DNA of 60,000 nucleotides from Lama glama (taxonomy: Eukaryota), in the NCBI GenBank assembly GCA_028534125.1, contig CM052832.1:8496001-8556000 (forward strand), in the 5' to 3' direction. The first letter of the stretch is position 1. Every line of letters begins with the position of its first letter. The position numbers and the translations under genes are program-made. This document shows, one piece after another, positions 36,541 to 48,885 of the stretch. The notes below the pieces were generated by a model, which did not search any database, had not been told where the DNA came from, and saw only the letters and a program-made list of their open reading frames with translations.

Positions 36541-38545
36541 TTCTGACTGGTATGAGGGGATACCTCATTGTAGTTTTGATTTGCATTTCTCTGATAATTA
36601 GTGGTATTGAGCAGTTTTTCATGTGCCTATTGACCATTTTGTATGTCTTCATTGGAGAATTGCTTGTTTAGGTTTTCTGCCCATTTTTGTATTGAGTTGT
36701 TTGGGTTTTTTTGTTATTAAGTTGTATGAGCTGTTTATATATTCTGGAAATTAAGCCTTTGTCAGTCGCATCATTTGCAAATATTTTCTCCCATTCCGTA
36801 GGTTGTCATTTTGTTTTGCTTATGGTTTCCTTTGCTGTGCAAAAGCTTGTAAGTTTTATTAGGTCCCATTTGTTTATTTTTGCTTTTATTTCTATTGCCT
36901 GGGTAGGCTGGCCTAGGAGAACATTGCTAAGATTTATGTCAGAGAATGTTTTGACTATGTTTTCTTCTAGGAGGTTTATAGTGTCTTGCCTTATATGCCT
37001 TATATTTAAGTCTTTAAGCCATTTTGAGTTAATTTTTGTGTATGATATGAGGGAGTATTCTAACTTCATTGATTTACATGTGGCTGTCCAGTTTTCCAAC
37101 ACGACTTGCTAAAGAGACTGTCTTTTCTCCATTGTATGTTCTTGCCTCCTTTGTTGAAGATTAATTGACTTTAGGTCTTTGGGTTTATCTCTGGGCTCTC
37201 TGTTCCGTTCCACTGATCTGTATGTCTGTTTTGATTACTGTAGCTCTGTAGTTCTGTCTGAAGTCTGGAGGGTTATTCCTCCAGCTTCATTCTTTTTTTT
37301 TCAGTATTGCTTTGGCAATTTGGGGTCTTTTGTGATTCCATATAAATTTTAGGATTATTTGTTCTAGTTCTGTGAAAAATGTCATGGGTAATTTGATAGT
37401 GATCACATTAAATCTGTAGATTGCCTTTCTAACAATATTGGCCATTTGAACAATATTGATTCTTCCAGTCTAAGAGTATGGGATATCTTTCCATTTCTTT
37501 AAGTCTTCTTTAATTTCCTTTGTTTTGTAATTAAATTTCCGATGTTTTGTAATTCTACATGTATAGGTCTTTCATCTCATTGGTCAGGTTTATTCCTAAG
37601 TATTTTATTGTTTTGGATGCAATTTTTAAAAGGGATTGTTTCTTTTCTTGATATTTCATTGTCAGTGTAAAGAAATGCAGCTGATTTCTGCTTGTTAATC
37701 TTGTATTCTGCTACCTTGCAGAATTCTTTTATTAGCTCTAATAGTTTTTTTGTGGGGCTTTTAGGGTTTTCTATATATAGTATCATGTCATCTGTATATA
37801 GTGACAATTTTGCCTCTTCTTTTCCAATTTGGGTCCCTTTTATTTCTTTTTCTTGCTGGATTGCTGTGGCTAGGACTCCCAAAACTATGTTGAATAGAAG
37901 TGGTGAGAGTGGGCATCCTTGTCTTGTTCCAGATTTTAGTGGGAAGGCTTTCAGTTTTTCACCATTGAGTATTATGCTGCTGTGGGTTTGTTATAAATAG
38001 TTTTATTATGTTCCCTCTATATCCACTTTGGTAAGAGTTTTTGTCATAAATGTGTGTTGAATCTTATCAGATGCTTTTTCTGCATCTGTTGAGATAATCA
38101 TGTGATTTTTGTCCTTTATCTTGTTAGTGTGGTGTATCACATTGATTGATTTGTGTATGTTGAACTATCTTTGTGTCCCTGGGATAAATCCAGCTTGATC
38201 ATGGTGTATGATCTTTTTTATGTGCTGTTAGATTCTGTTTGCTAATATTTTGTTGAGGATTTTTGCATCTGTGTTCAAGGATACTGGCCTGTAATTTTCT
38301 TTTTTGGTAGTGTCTCTCTCTGGTTTCGGTATCAGGGTGATGGTGGCTTCATAGAATGAGTTTGGGAGTATTCCCTCCTTTTCAGTCTTTTGGAAGAGTT
38401 TGAGAAGTATCGGTATGAGTTCTTCTTTGTATTTTTGGTAGAATGTGAAGCCATCTGGTCCTGGACTTTTGTTTGTAGGGAAGTTTTTTATTGCTGATTC
38501 TATTTCATTTCTAGTGATCAGTCTGTCAAGTGGTCTATTTCTTGT
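36541..38545 (-). mobile_element. LINE-1 ORF2 (RT/C-terminal) fragment, 5'-truncated, 3' end lost in gap
   Basis: Minus-strand ORFs [47 protein letters not shown] (degenerate RT motif), [30 protein letters not shown]; frameshifted. Confidence 0.95.
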
Positions 38546-38744
38546 TAATATAGTCTTGAACACCAGTCATTATTAATTCCTGTTAGTGCAAGTAGTCTTA
38601 TATCATTTAAGGTCAGGTTTTGCCACCAAATTAAAAAAAATTTTTTTAAAGAGGTATTTGGATTCTAAAATAGCACATAAGGGATTACTGATCTGAACTA
38701 AATGACTTGGAGAAGTGAGACACTGAGTTATGTTTTTATTTCAG

Positions 38745-39890
38745 TCTTTTTTTAAAAGACTTGATTGTTTTGGAGTAGTTTAAGGTTCATAGCAAAATTC
38801 AGGGAAAGGTACAGAGATTTCCCATATACTCCCTGCCCCCACACATGCACAGCCTTTCTTAGACTTCCCCCATCAGAGTAGTGTATTTGTTACAATTGAT
38901 GGACCTACACTGACACATTATAATCACCCAAAGTCCATAGTTTACCTTAGGGTTCACTATTGGTGTTACACATTTTATGGGAACATTCTGTGGGTGTCAA
39001 CAAATGTATAATCACATGTATCCATCATTATAGTATCTTGTGGAGTTTTTTCACTGCCCTAAAAATCCTTTATGTGCTCTGCCTTATCACCTCACCTCCT
39101 ACCCAAACCCCTGGCAGTCACTGATTATTTTATTTTCTCCATAACTTTGCCTTCTCCGGAATGTTAAATAGTTTGAATCATACAGTAAATAGCCTTTACA
39201 GGTTTTCTTTTACTTAGTAAAATGCAGTTATAGTTCCTCCCTGTCTTTCACGGCTCATTCCTTTTTACCACTGAATAATATTTGATTGCTTGGATATACC
39301 AAAGCTTATTTATCCATTCACCTACTGAGGGACATCTTGGTTGTTTCCAGGTTTTGGCAGTTGAATAAAACTGCTATGAACATCCATGTGTAGTGTGTAG
39401 GTTTTAGTGGGGACATGTTTTCAGTTCTTTTTGGTAAATATCAAGGGGTGTGATTGCTGAATCATAGGGTAAGAGTGTATTTAATTTTGTAAGAAACTGT
39501 CAAACTGTCTTCCAAAGTAGCTGTACCATTTTGCATTCCCACCGGCAATGAATGAGAGTCCCTGTTGCTCCACATCCTCACCAGCATTTGATGTTGTCAA
39601 TAGTCTGGATTTTAGCCATTCTGATGGGTGTATAGTGGTATCTTGTTTTAATTTGCATTTCCCTGATAATATAAGATGTGGGGTATCTTTTCTCACATGT
39701 ATTTGCCATCTGTGTATCTTCTTTGGTGAGGTGTCTGTTAAGGTCTTTGGCCCATTTTTTTAATCAGAATTATTTTCTTACTGCTGAGTTTTAAGAGTTC
39801 TTTGTATATTTTGGGTAACAGTCTTTTATCACCTGTGTCTTTTGCAAATATTTCTCCCAGTCTGTGGCCTGTCTTTTCATTCTCTTGATT
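38745..39890 (-). mobile_element. Older L1 (L1MA/MB-like) ORF2-end/3' UTR
   Basis: tccaaagtagctgtaccattttgcattcccacc..caatgaatgagagtccctgttgctccacatcctcaccagcatttg; acctacactgacacattataatcacccaaagtccatagttt. Confidence 0.88.
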
Positions 39891-40283
39891 ATAGTCCTTT
39901 TGATTGTATCACTGGCATAAGGAATTGCTACATGCTCCCCTAGGGATCTCTCTTCCTCAGTATCAACCAGTGTTGATTTTAAAAAAGCATATAAGTATAT
40001 GCATTGTTTTGTGGAGTCAGAGTTTGTTATTATCCCAAAATACTCAAGGACTCATATAATATCCAAAATTAAAATGTCTCCTGAAGGATAAAATTGCATT
40101 GAACCCTATTCCTCATCAGTGTCAGTGTTTGGTTGGAGGCTTTGGGACTGGTTTTGTTTTTTGGTTTTTTTAACTTTAAAATCAACTAAAATTTGAATGT
40201 CGAAGCACAGACCACGTACGGCTGCATTTGACGGGACTCTAGTGCTCTTGTGCGGCTAATCACACTGTTTTCTCGTGTCACAG

Positions 40284-40383
40284 GACTGCTGATGGAGGGG
40301 GCTTGGTAGAAAAACACTACGTCTTCCTGAAGAGACTCTGTCAGGTGTTGTGTGCTCTGGGCAATCAGCTGTGTGCATTGCTG
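40284..40383 (+). CDS. XPO5: Exportin-5, exon 9
   Basis: tcacag|TADGGGLVEKHYVFLKRLCQVLCALGNQLCALL|gtaagc. Confidence 0.96.
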
Positions 40384-41232
40384 GTAAGCAGTTTCTGGCA
40401 AATTTCAAGGCCATTTGAGGAGAGAGATTAGAAAGTTACATTTGTATAAGGGGTGACACGTGCCATTGGTTTTGGCCTGATGGGGCATTGGCCTACAGAT
40501 TATTTCATATAATTCTATAGATTATTAATATCAGTGGTAGACATCCACATCTGTTATTCCGTAAAGTCAATATTACTATTCTTTTACATTTTGGTGCTTG
40601 CAAAACTTTAGTCTGCCAAGTGCGTTATCCTTTAGAGTCCTATTAGATCATGAAGCACTATGGATTTGAGTAAAGAACCCTTTTCTCAAACTTAAAGGAT
40701 ATATTATAGGATCGTAAAAGAAAATTTTAGTCTGATTGACCATGAAACAGCTCCTGTAGGGAGATATTTAATACTCATTCTTACCCGTTGAAAGATAGGA
40801 TATTGGTACAGACATTTGCTTTTGATATTATGCCTTTTTGTGGTGGCTTGAGTGGTTAGAGAGGATAGAACTTCAGATATAAAATGTATACCATCAAGTG
40901 ATTATTTAATAGGTTGGGTTACAGAGATGTGAATAGACCAGGTCTAAAGAAATAATACAGATTTCTTTCTGAAATTTCTGAAATGAATACTCTTACTTTA
41001 CTGTTTGATGATAGAATAGGTTTTAATGATGATGATTAAGGAGGTAAATAAGCTTTGCTGTTTCTAGCCCTTGAAATGATGCCTTCCTCAGGCCACAAGG
41101 AAGTATAAAGTCCTTCAAGAACTGAAATGTTTGAGGGTGTGTTACTGTATTTATTACTCCACTCCTCACACTCCCCACCCACACCTCTCCATCAACATCA
41201 TTAAAGCTGGTGGTCTTTTTGTCCTCCTACAG

Positions 41233-41316
41233 GGTGTGGATTCAGATGTAGAAACACCAACAAACTTCGGAAAATACTTGGAATCTTTTCTTGCTTTCAC
41301 AACCCATCCAAGTCAG
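41233..41316 (+). CDS. XPO5: Exportin-5, exon 10
   Basis: ctacag|GVDSDVETPTNFGKYLESFLAFTTHPSQ|gtaaac. Confidence 0.96.
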
Positions 41317-41898
41317 GTAAACTCATGGAGGCAACTTCTCAAAATTTTAGTTAGATAAATTAAAATCAAGCACTATGGCCTGAAGTAATTAGCAGCTCAC
41401 ATGTAAAACATGACTCTTAAAGCCCTAGGAAATAACTATATAGTGCCATTTCATTAAGAGAATTACTGAGTCTTCCTGAGCTAAGCATTGCAGTTACCCC
41501 TCAGGTAACATCATGCTGATAATAGATGTGAGGTGTGTCTTAGGTGATTTGCTACTAAAGATAAACACAAGTCTGATTAATTGTGTAATTATAAAATGTA
41601 TTTGATCCAATCCAAGATTTTCCTTGTGATATCAACCTGAGGGTCCTATATCCTTTCTTGCTTAAAGGAGAAAGTGGTAGAGTTCAGCTCATACTCCAGG
41701 AATTGCACCTGACCCACAGTCTGTCTTATTAACATACTGTCCATAGTGAGCAGTGATTACCAAAGCACTGTAGTGTGGACCAAGTATTACAGAGATTTGT
41801 TTCCATGAAAAATATAGTGGATAATTGCTGAGCTAAGTAATAGTCTTTGTTACATAAAACCAGAATCCTTAAACTCAGTTTTTTCCTTTTCTCTTTAG

Positions 41899-42024
41899 TT
41901 TCTACGCTCTTCAACTCAGATGACTTGGGGAGCCCTCTTCCGGCATGAGATCCTATCTCGTGACCCTTTGTTGTTAGCAATAATACCAAAGTATCTTCGT
42001 GCTTCTATGACTAACTTGGTCAAG
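41899..42024 (+). CDS. XPO5: Exportin-5, exon 11
   Basis: ctttag|FLRSSTQMTWGALFRHEILSRDPLLLAIIPKYLRASMTNLVK|gtatgc. Confidence 0.96.
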
Positions 42025-42983
42025 GTATGCAGTGGGAATCTAAAGTGAAATGTAGGTGAATGCACATCATAAGACTTAGATGGCACCATTGACAGCCCTG
42101 GCTTGGTCACTAAGATCCCTTCCTTAAGCACATTAGTCTCTTATTCCTCAAGAAGAAAGCAGTCCGTACTGGTTACTGTATCTACTTGTTCGTATTTTGG
42201 AGCACTTACATGCCAAGTGTTGGGTAAGGTGCCAGGAGAAAGAAGTGACAGGACAAGAGCAGTGACCATGATCATATAATGTGATCATTGCTTTTCAGAG
42301 GCTAAAAGCAGAAAGAAGGGGGAGTCGAGATTCCTAGAGGAATCTGATAGTTGCTGAAGGTCAAGTGAGAGTCAGGAAGGTGAATGAGCAGGGAGGGAGA
42401 GTGGAAGCAGGTTGCTCACTACCTCAGCAGAGAGTTGCCAGTGAATTCCCTGACATCCGCTCAAGGCGGTGGGAGCTGGCAGATGTTTCGTTTTGATTTG
42501 TAAAATCAGAGAATAGGACCCATTCAGGAATCCCCTTGTTTCCTCAAGGAATTCACCTAGCACGTAGCACACCATGTTCTAGTTCTCTGCCATAAGGGTC
42601 TTGAGTACTTTTTGGATGAAACAAAGTTCCATACTTATTGCCAGGGTTCAGTATTTAAGAAGTCAGTCTCAACTGTTCTACTTAATTGCATGCTGTATTA
42701 GCACTTTGTCTTGAGACATCTTTGTATTCAAAGACCTTAAATGAATTCCAGAACTTAATTTTCCCTGAGGAACTGGTTCTCTTTTCTACCACTCTCAGGA
42801 TTATTCCAACTGGGAGCAAATTGTGGACTTGGGGTAGACCGGAAGCAGTTATTTATCATAAAATATCTCCTGCAAACCCTTAACTCTTCTTAAACAAATT
42901 AGAAGTGTTTCAGCTCCTGGAGTTTAAGACTCTTTCGGTAGGTCTGTTTTCATCCCCTACCCCAATTATCTTTCTTTTTCCAG

Positions 42984-43074
42984 ATGGGCTTTCCTTCTAA
43001 AACAGACAGCCCCAGCTGTGAGTACTCTCGATTTGATTTTGATAGTGATGAAGACTTCAATGCTTTCTTCAACT
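42984..43074 (+). CDS. XPO5: Exportin-5, exon 12
   Basis: ttccag|MGFPSKTDSPSCEYSRFDFDSDEDFNAFFN|gtgagt. Confidence 0.96.
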
Positions 43075-43449
43075 GTGAGTGAATTGGCCTGGAACTTCTC
43101 CCAACAGCCTCAGAATGGCAGCTAGTGTTACGGTGCAAGAGCTTGGGGTTCTGTATTAAAGAGCCCCAGATCTGGATAGCAGCCTGTTTAATCTCCAGTG
43201 GCACATGGCAGTGGGTGCTGGGCTTGCTCTGATTCCAGGCATAGCATTCTCTCTTAACACACACTCACACACAGCTTTTAGACATTAATGTTAGAGATAG
43301 TAATGGTGTGTAAGGCACTAGAATTTTTTTCTTTTTTTTAAATTAGATTTAAATACCATCTTACTTTGCAGTTCTTCTAAAAAAGAGAAGAAAAACCCAT
43401 GTATCCTAATTTTGTTTTAAGTTTTCTGTACCTTGATCACTGCCCTTTT

Positions 43450-44085
43450 TTTCTTTAATAACAGCTTTATTGAGAGGTAGTTCATTTACTGCATAGTTCA
43501 CTCGTTTAGAGCATACAATTCACTGGTTGTTTTGGTGTTTTCAGAGTTGTACAACCACCCCCACAATCAGTGGTAGGACATTTTTATGACTGTAAGAAAC
43601 CCTGTACCTATCAGCAGTCCTCCCCGAATCCCCAGATCCCTCTCAGCCCTGAGAAACCACTAATCCACTTTCCGTTTCTCTATTTCACCTATTCTGAACA
43701 TTTCATATAAGTGGAATCATATAATGTGTTGTCTTTGGTAACGCCTTCTTTCTCTTAGCATAATGTTTTTAGGAGTCATCTGTGTTCTCGCATGTATCAG
43801 TAATTCATTTCTTTTTATTGCCGATAGTATTTCATTGTATGGATACATACCACATTTTATTCATCCATTGATAAATTGATAGCTATTTGAGTTGTTCCCA
43901 CTTCTTGGCTATTAAGAATAATGCTGTCATAACATGTGTGTACAAGTTTTTGAGTGGACAAGTTTTTATTTTTCTTGGATATATGCCTAGAAAGGGAATT
44001 ACTGGATCATATGGTAATTCCACACTTAATATTTTGAGGAACTGCCAGACTGTTCCTCAGCAGCTGTACCATTTTACATCTGTAC
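43450..44085 (-). mobile_element. L1MB-like 3' UTR fragment
   Basis: acagctttattgag...accactaatccacttt...catttcatataagtggaatcata...ttttgaggaactgccagactgtt. Confidence 0.85.
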
Positions 44086-44353
44086 CAGCCTCATCTCCTT
44101 TTAATGCCAGCAGAAATGGGAGACCACTTTTAGTTTGCCACTTTTAGAGTCTAGCTGGTGTGTCAACTCCTTATAGCGAATTTATTTTAGAAAATTTCTA
44201 GATTTGTTAATGAAGCTTTACTGAACATTTGTTAGATTCAAAGTACAAGTCTGCAAAACAGTTTCTTTGAACATTTTCCCCGAGATGAATAAATGAATAA
44301 ACATTAAGTACCTGTTATATGCAGGTTATTGATACACGTCCTTCTCTTGGCAG

Positions 44354-44482
44354 CCTCTCGGGCCCAACAAGGAGAGGTAATGAGGTTAGCATGTCGCTTG
44401 GATCCCAAGACTAGCTTCCAGATGGCTGGGGAGTGGCTAAAGTATCAGCTCTCAACGTCTATTGATACTGGATCCATGAACT
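44354..44482 (+). CDS. XPO5: Exportin-5, exon 13
   Basis: tggcag|SRAQQGEVMRLACRLDPKTSFQMAGEWLKYQLSTSIDTGSMN|gtaagt. Confidence 0.96.
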
Positions 44483-45864
44483 GTAAGTTTTGTTTTGTTT
44501 TTGTTTTTGTTTTTTCCTGAACATTAGTGAAGTATTTTATCAAAACTGTACATAGAAATAAACCTCTGAACCACATTTCCAAACAGTATACTAATAGTGT
44601 TCAAAAACAGCTTTGCCCACTTCCCAGTTCTATCCTGGGGAGGGAGCCTTTTCATACGCACACACAGGCAGAGAAAGCAGATGTAACACCAAATTTTGTT
44701 ACCAGTTACGCCAGACTCTCTTTATCTTGGGGTAAAACCATCACCCTATCAGTTTTGCCTTCATTTTTCTTTTCTAACAGAGTCAACCAATTGTTTATTG
44801 TTGACTTTATTACTTCACTTCAGGCACCATTTTAACAAGTTTCATGTTTAGACCTAATTTTTAAAGCTTTTCAACCAAGTTCTTGCATAGCATTACTCTG
44901 AAACTCAGGAAGAATGACTTGTTAGTCAGGCACACTGGGAGCAGTGCAGGGACTTCCCAAGTCACTCAGCACCTCAAAGCCTTTGGGAAATGCCACTTTA
45001 TATAAAATCAAAATAACCCCACTTGACCCAAAAGCATAAGCCAGATAACTTCTCTGTACTCCGAATCTTCTTTCTGTCATCTTACTAGTGCATGTGGATA
45101 AGAGGATTAATAAAACAGGAGAGGGTGTAAGTCACTGCTTTAGAAAAGCTCCACACTCACGGTTAATTACCAACGAACACTAGTGACTTGATAGTCGTGG
45201 GATTTAACATTCAGTTTTGTGTTTTCACAATTGACTATGGGTCCCTGGTATCTTGTAACTTGAATAAGTTTGTGGAGGCCCAAATATGTTGCACCAGGAT
45301 GAAGCTAGTAAATGTGAGCACTGAATGGAAGCAAGAAAAGTAATTTTTTTGTAAACCGTTTTGTCTGGGCCTTGCTGTTTAAGTGATGGGCTTTGATGAT
45401 GCTTGTGAACTTGGAGGGGGCACAGTTCTCTACACATGGCCCTTGCACTTGTCATGACAGTGCTGGATGTGAAGCAGCATTTTGTATCTTATATTCAAAA
45501 TATAAGGATGTTGGAAGGATTCTTAGGTATCTTATTTAGATTCCCATGAACAGATTATAAAAGGGGAGGAAGGGATAAATTAGTATTTCTCAACTGCCTC
45601 TGATTGGCCAGGCACTGTTTTTAATGCTTACGTCTATATTCTTATTCAGTATTCAAAATGGTTTTGCAGACCAGGCTCACAGAGGCATTCCGACAGCTCT
45701 TTGTTTGAGATTGAGGCAGGATAGGGACCCTCTCTGCTATTTGTCCTTTTCTTTTCCCAGGCTGAGAGAGGTTAGGTTACCCTGTTCCTTCAACTGTGAA
45801 ATTACCTAGTGGTTTCTAAGGCTCCATTGTATCTGTGTCTTCTGTGATCTTACAGTGTTGATGA

Positions 45865-45888
45865 GTGTGTGTGTGTGTCTGTGTGTGT
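45865..45888. repeat. (TG)n tract upstream of XPO5 exon 14 acceptor
   Basis: gtgtgtgtgtgtgtctgtgtgtgt. Confidence 0.9.
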
Positions 45889-45911
45889 TTTAAAATCCTG
45901 TTCTCCTACAG

Positions 45912-46030
45912 CTGGAACTGGAGAAGGCGGGCTCTGCTCCATCTTCTCACCTTCATTTGTACAGTGGGAAGCCATGACTTTTTTCCTGGAAAGTGTAATC
46001 AACCAGATGTTTCGAACACTAGATAAAGAA
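45912..46030 (+). CDS. XPO5: Exportin-5, exon 14
   Basis: ctacag|(S)GTGEGGLCSIFSPSFVQWEAMTFFLESVINQMFRTLDKE|gtaagt; 119 nt keeps frame. Confidence 0.9.
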
Positions 46031-46109
46031 GTAAGTAATTGTTTCCCATGCTGATTGCATAATATTTTTGGTCTTTCTAAAATTGGCAGAGGGATAGAGG
46101 AACCTGTGG

Positions 46110-46225
46110 ATGTGTGTCTTACAGAAGAGGAAACAGATTCAGAGAGGGTAAATGACATCCTCAAGTTCAAGTAGCTAATAAACAGCAGAGCTGGGACCCA
46201 AATTAGGTCTTGCTGACTAAGCCTC
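46110..46225 (-). mobile_element. MIR fragment
   Basis: ttacagaagaggaaacagattcagagagggtaaatgac...aacagcagagctgggaccca. Confidence 0.7.
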
Positions 46226-46846
46226 GCCATGTTTAGTGTTCATTTTAAGGGGATAATAAGATGAGCCTGATAGTGCAGTGAACCACAGGGAGGACAGTGA
46301 TGGAGACCTTGAATTGGAAAATCTTAAGAGGTATTTGCCATTAAGCATCCTTTTCAATTTATGATAAACCAGAATATTCCTGAGTAATCTGAGTAGATCT
46401 TGTTTTTCTATACTTCATGTCACCTATTATCCTTCTGTTATAATATTAAAGGTAATTATATAATTAACTGGATAACAGCATATATTATATTAACTATGTT
46501 AATTAGATTAAAATAATTGGATCACTCATTTTGGGGTAATTCATCTTGGTGTATGCTAGGTTAGTTGTAGAATCTGAGTCCCTTGAAGATAAGCGAGATA
46601 TAGTCCTTTTTCTCATAAGTGGCATATTAACAAATTAGGTCTCGGAGTTATTAACTTCATCTGCTTTTATATTCACTCCAGTTTGAAATGATGGCATTCT
46701 GAGTTTGTTCAATTTCTAGTAAGAGGAAATGCTACATCCCCAATAAGGGCATCCCTAATAATGGCGTTTATGAAAAATTTAATAACATGGGTTAGTGCTT
46801 ACAACTGTAAGGGTTAAAAAGCTGTATATAGAACCATACGTAGCCA

Positions 46847-46981
46847 GGGAGGGTAAAGCTCAGTGTTAGCTTGTGTGCTTAGCATGTACAAGGTCCTGGG
46901 TTCAATCCCCAGTACCTCCATTAAAGTAAATAAGTAACCTAATTATTCCTCCCCTCAAAAAAATTAAGATAATTTTTTTTA
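46847..46981 (+). mobile_element. tRNA-Ala-derived SINE (Vic-1-like)
   Basis: gggagggtaaagctcagtg...ggtcctgggttcaatccccagtacctcca; TSD agaaccatacgtagcca / agaaacatatgtggcca. Confidence 0.87.
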
Positions 46982-47077
46982 AGAAACATATGTGGCCACC
47001 GGATTTATGAGTCTAAAGGGAATTTAGCGAAAGTGGTTATCAGTCACATCAAACTCCTTCTCATGTCTGTATCACAG

Positions 47078-47233
47078 GAAATTCCTGTTAATGACGGAAT
47101 AGAGCTGTTGCAGATGGTCCTGAACTTTGACACCAAGGATCCCCTCATCCTGTCCTGTGTCCTCACTAACGTCTCAGCACTCTTTCCATTTGTCACTTAC
47201 AGACCAGAGTTCCTGCCCCAGGTCTTCTCTAAG
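47078..47233 (+). CDS. XPO5: Exportin-5, exon 15
   Basis: tcacag|EIPVNDGIELLQMVLNFDTKDPLILSCVLTNVSALFPFVTYRPEFLPQVFSK|gtaaac. Confidence 0.96.
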
Positions 47234-47329
47234 GTAAACTCCCTCTCCTTTGTAAACTTTATTTTGGCATTTCTAAGCTAACTATTTTTGTAACTGTTTT
47301 TGTAAGTATGTGAGACAAGCTAATCAACA

Positions 47330-48140
47330 GTTGTTTATTCATTTATCAAATGTTCACTCAGTACATATTGTGGAGCAGGCACCATGCTAGGAGAAAGCAT
47401 TACCCTCCAGTGCCGCTGTGTCTGGGAAGAACAGCACCTGGACAGGTGCCCGCATGGCACTGCAGTTAACAGACATGCACACAAAAAAAGGAGAAGAATA
47501 CCTGAGGAGGGGATCAGAGTGTGCTGTCAGACTGGAAAAGGTGTCGGGGTGCAGCTGAGGTGGACTGGGTGGTGGAGCACCACCTGAGTTAGAACCCTGG
47601 GTCGGGAGATGAGTGGCAGTAAGGAAGAGGATAGAGTTCTGTTTTGGAAGACTAGGTTGGAAGTATACTGTGTAGTGTCTACGTGGAGACATCTCACAAT
47701 AAATTGGCTATTTGAGGTTAAAGGTCTAGACTTAGAAAATCATGAGATAAAATTGAGGCATCACCATCATAGAGATGCAAGTAGTAGAGGTGAAGCCTTA
47801 GCAAAGAAGAGATGTGAGTTAGACGTGTGGCTCAGGCAGGGAACCCTGGGGATCACCAGCATTGCGGGAGGAGCCCTCAAAGAAGAAAGTGATGGCCAGA
47901 GAGATGAGAAAATGTTGTGTTACAAAGGCCAGAAGAACTTAAAAAATATAGACAAATTCACTTGTTACCAGAGAAATTCTCTAAGAATTAGAGAATGTCC
48001 ATTGGGTTCCTCGATTAGACCTTTGATAAGAGTGTTATCCCATTGCAGTGGCTAGAGCAGCAGTCACATTGTATTGGGTTAAGGAGTAAATGGGAAGTTA
48101 TGAAATGGAATCAGGGAGGGCAGACCACTCAACTTTTAAT
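47330..48140 (-). mobile_element. L2 fragment
   Basis: ttattcatttatcaaatgttcact...caggcaccatgctagg...gagaatgtccattgggtt...gggttaaggagtaaatggg. Confidence 0.65.
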
Positions 48141-48439
48141 GAAAAGTGGAGAGATGAGGGATGTCACCATAGCTGAGTGTTTGGGTGATGGCCTGGATTG
48201 TTCTGGGTTTCTGTGATCTTTATCTTTGTAAAATGTTTGATGGTAAAATTGTGCATCTCAAGCCTCTTGTAGAGTTATCTGAGAAAATGAACATCTGAAA
48301 CTTTGTAACACCAGTTGAAAGTATTTTTGTTATATTGTTTACACTTTTGGAATTTTGTTGGAAACTTTATGACTACTATTTAAAAATACTTTATGCATTT
48401 GGCACTGATGAGTGAGTGACCTTTTTTCTTTGCTCTTAG

Positions 48440-48481
48440 CTATTTTCATCTGTCACTTTTGAAACCATTGAAGAAAGTAAG
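48440..48481 (+). CDS. XPO5: Exportin-5, exon 16
   Basis: tcttag|LFSSVTFETIEESK|gtaaga. Confidence 0.93.
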
Positions 48482-48795
48482 GTAAGACCATTCAATCTAC
48501 AAATTCTAACTTCTTAAGAATAAAAATAGGAACACCTGACACTTAGTCTAGATTTTTTAATAAGCAAAAGGGGTTAAGAAAGGCAGGAGACAGTCGTGTG
48601 ATGGGGTTCTTTTCACTGGAGATACTCTAGAGTAAACAGCGTGTGGATTCATGGTGACTATGAATGTCACTTCATTATACTCCCACAGCTGTGAAAATTG
48701 TGAATTTGCCTCTGAAGGAGATATTTACATGATTCTCTGCAGCTTCTGTAAACCATATTAAATGTGTCCTCAAATTTCTGAATATCTCTTCCCAG

Positions 48796-48885
48796 GCTCC
48801 AAGGACCCGGGCGGTGAGGAATGTGCGGAGACATGCTTGTTCCTCTATCATCAAGATGTGTCGTGACTATCCCCAGCTTGTGCTG
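48796..48885 (+). CDS. XPO5: Exportin-5, exon 17
   Basis: tcccag|APRTRAVRNVRRHACSSIIKMCRDYPQLVL|gtaagc. Confidence 0.96.

Noticed and set aside
36016..36652. Long ORFs of X residues
   Set aside because: Artefacts of translating the N gap
36541..38563. Novel reverse-transcriptase gene or system
   Set aside because: Frameshifted, truncated LINE-1 ORF2 with a degenerate catalytic motif; ordinary dead retroelement
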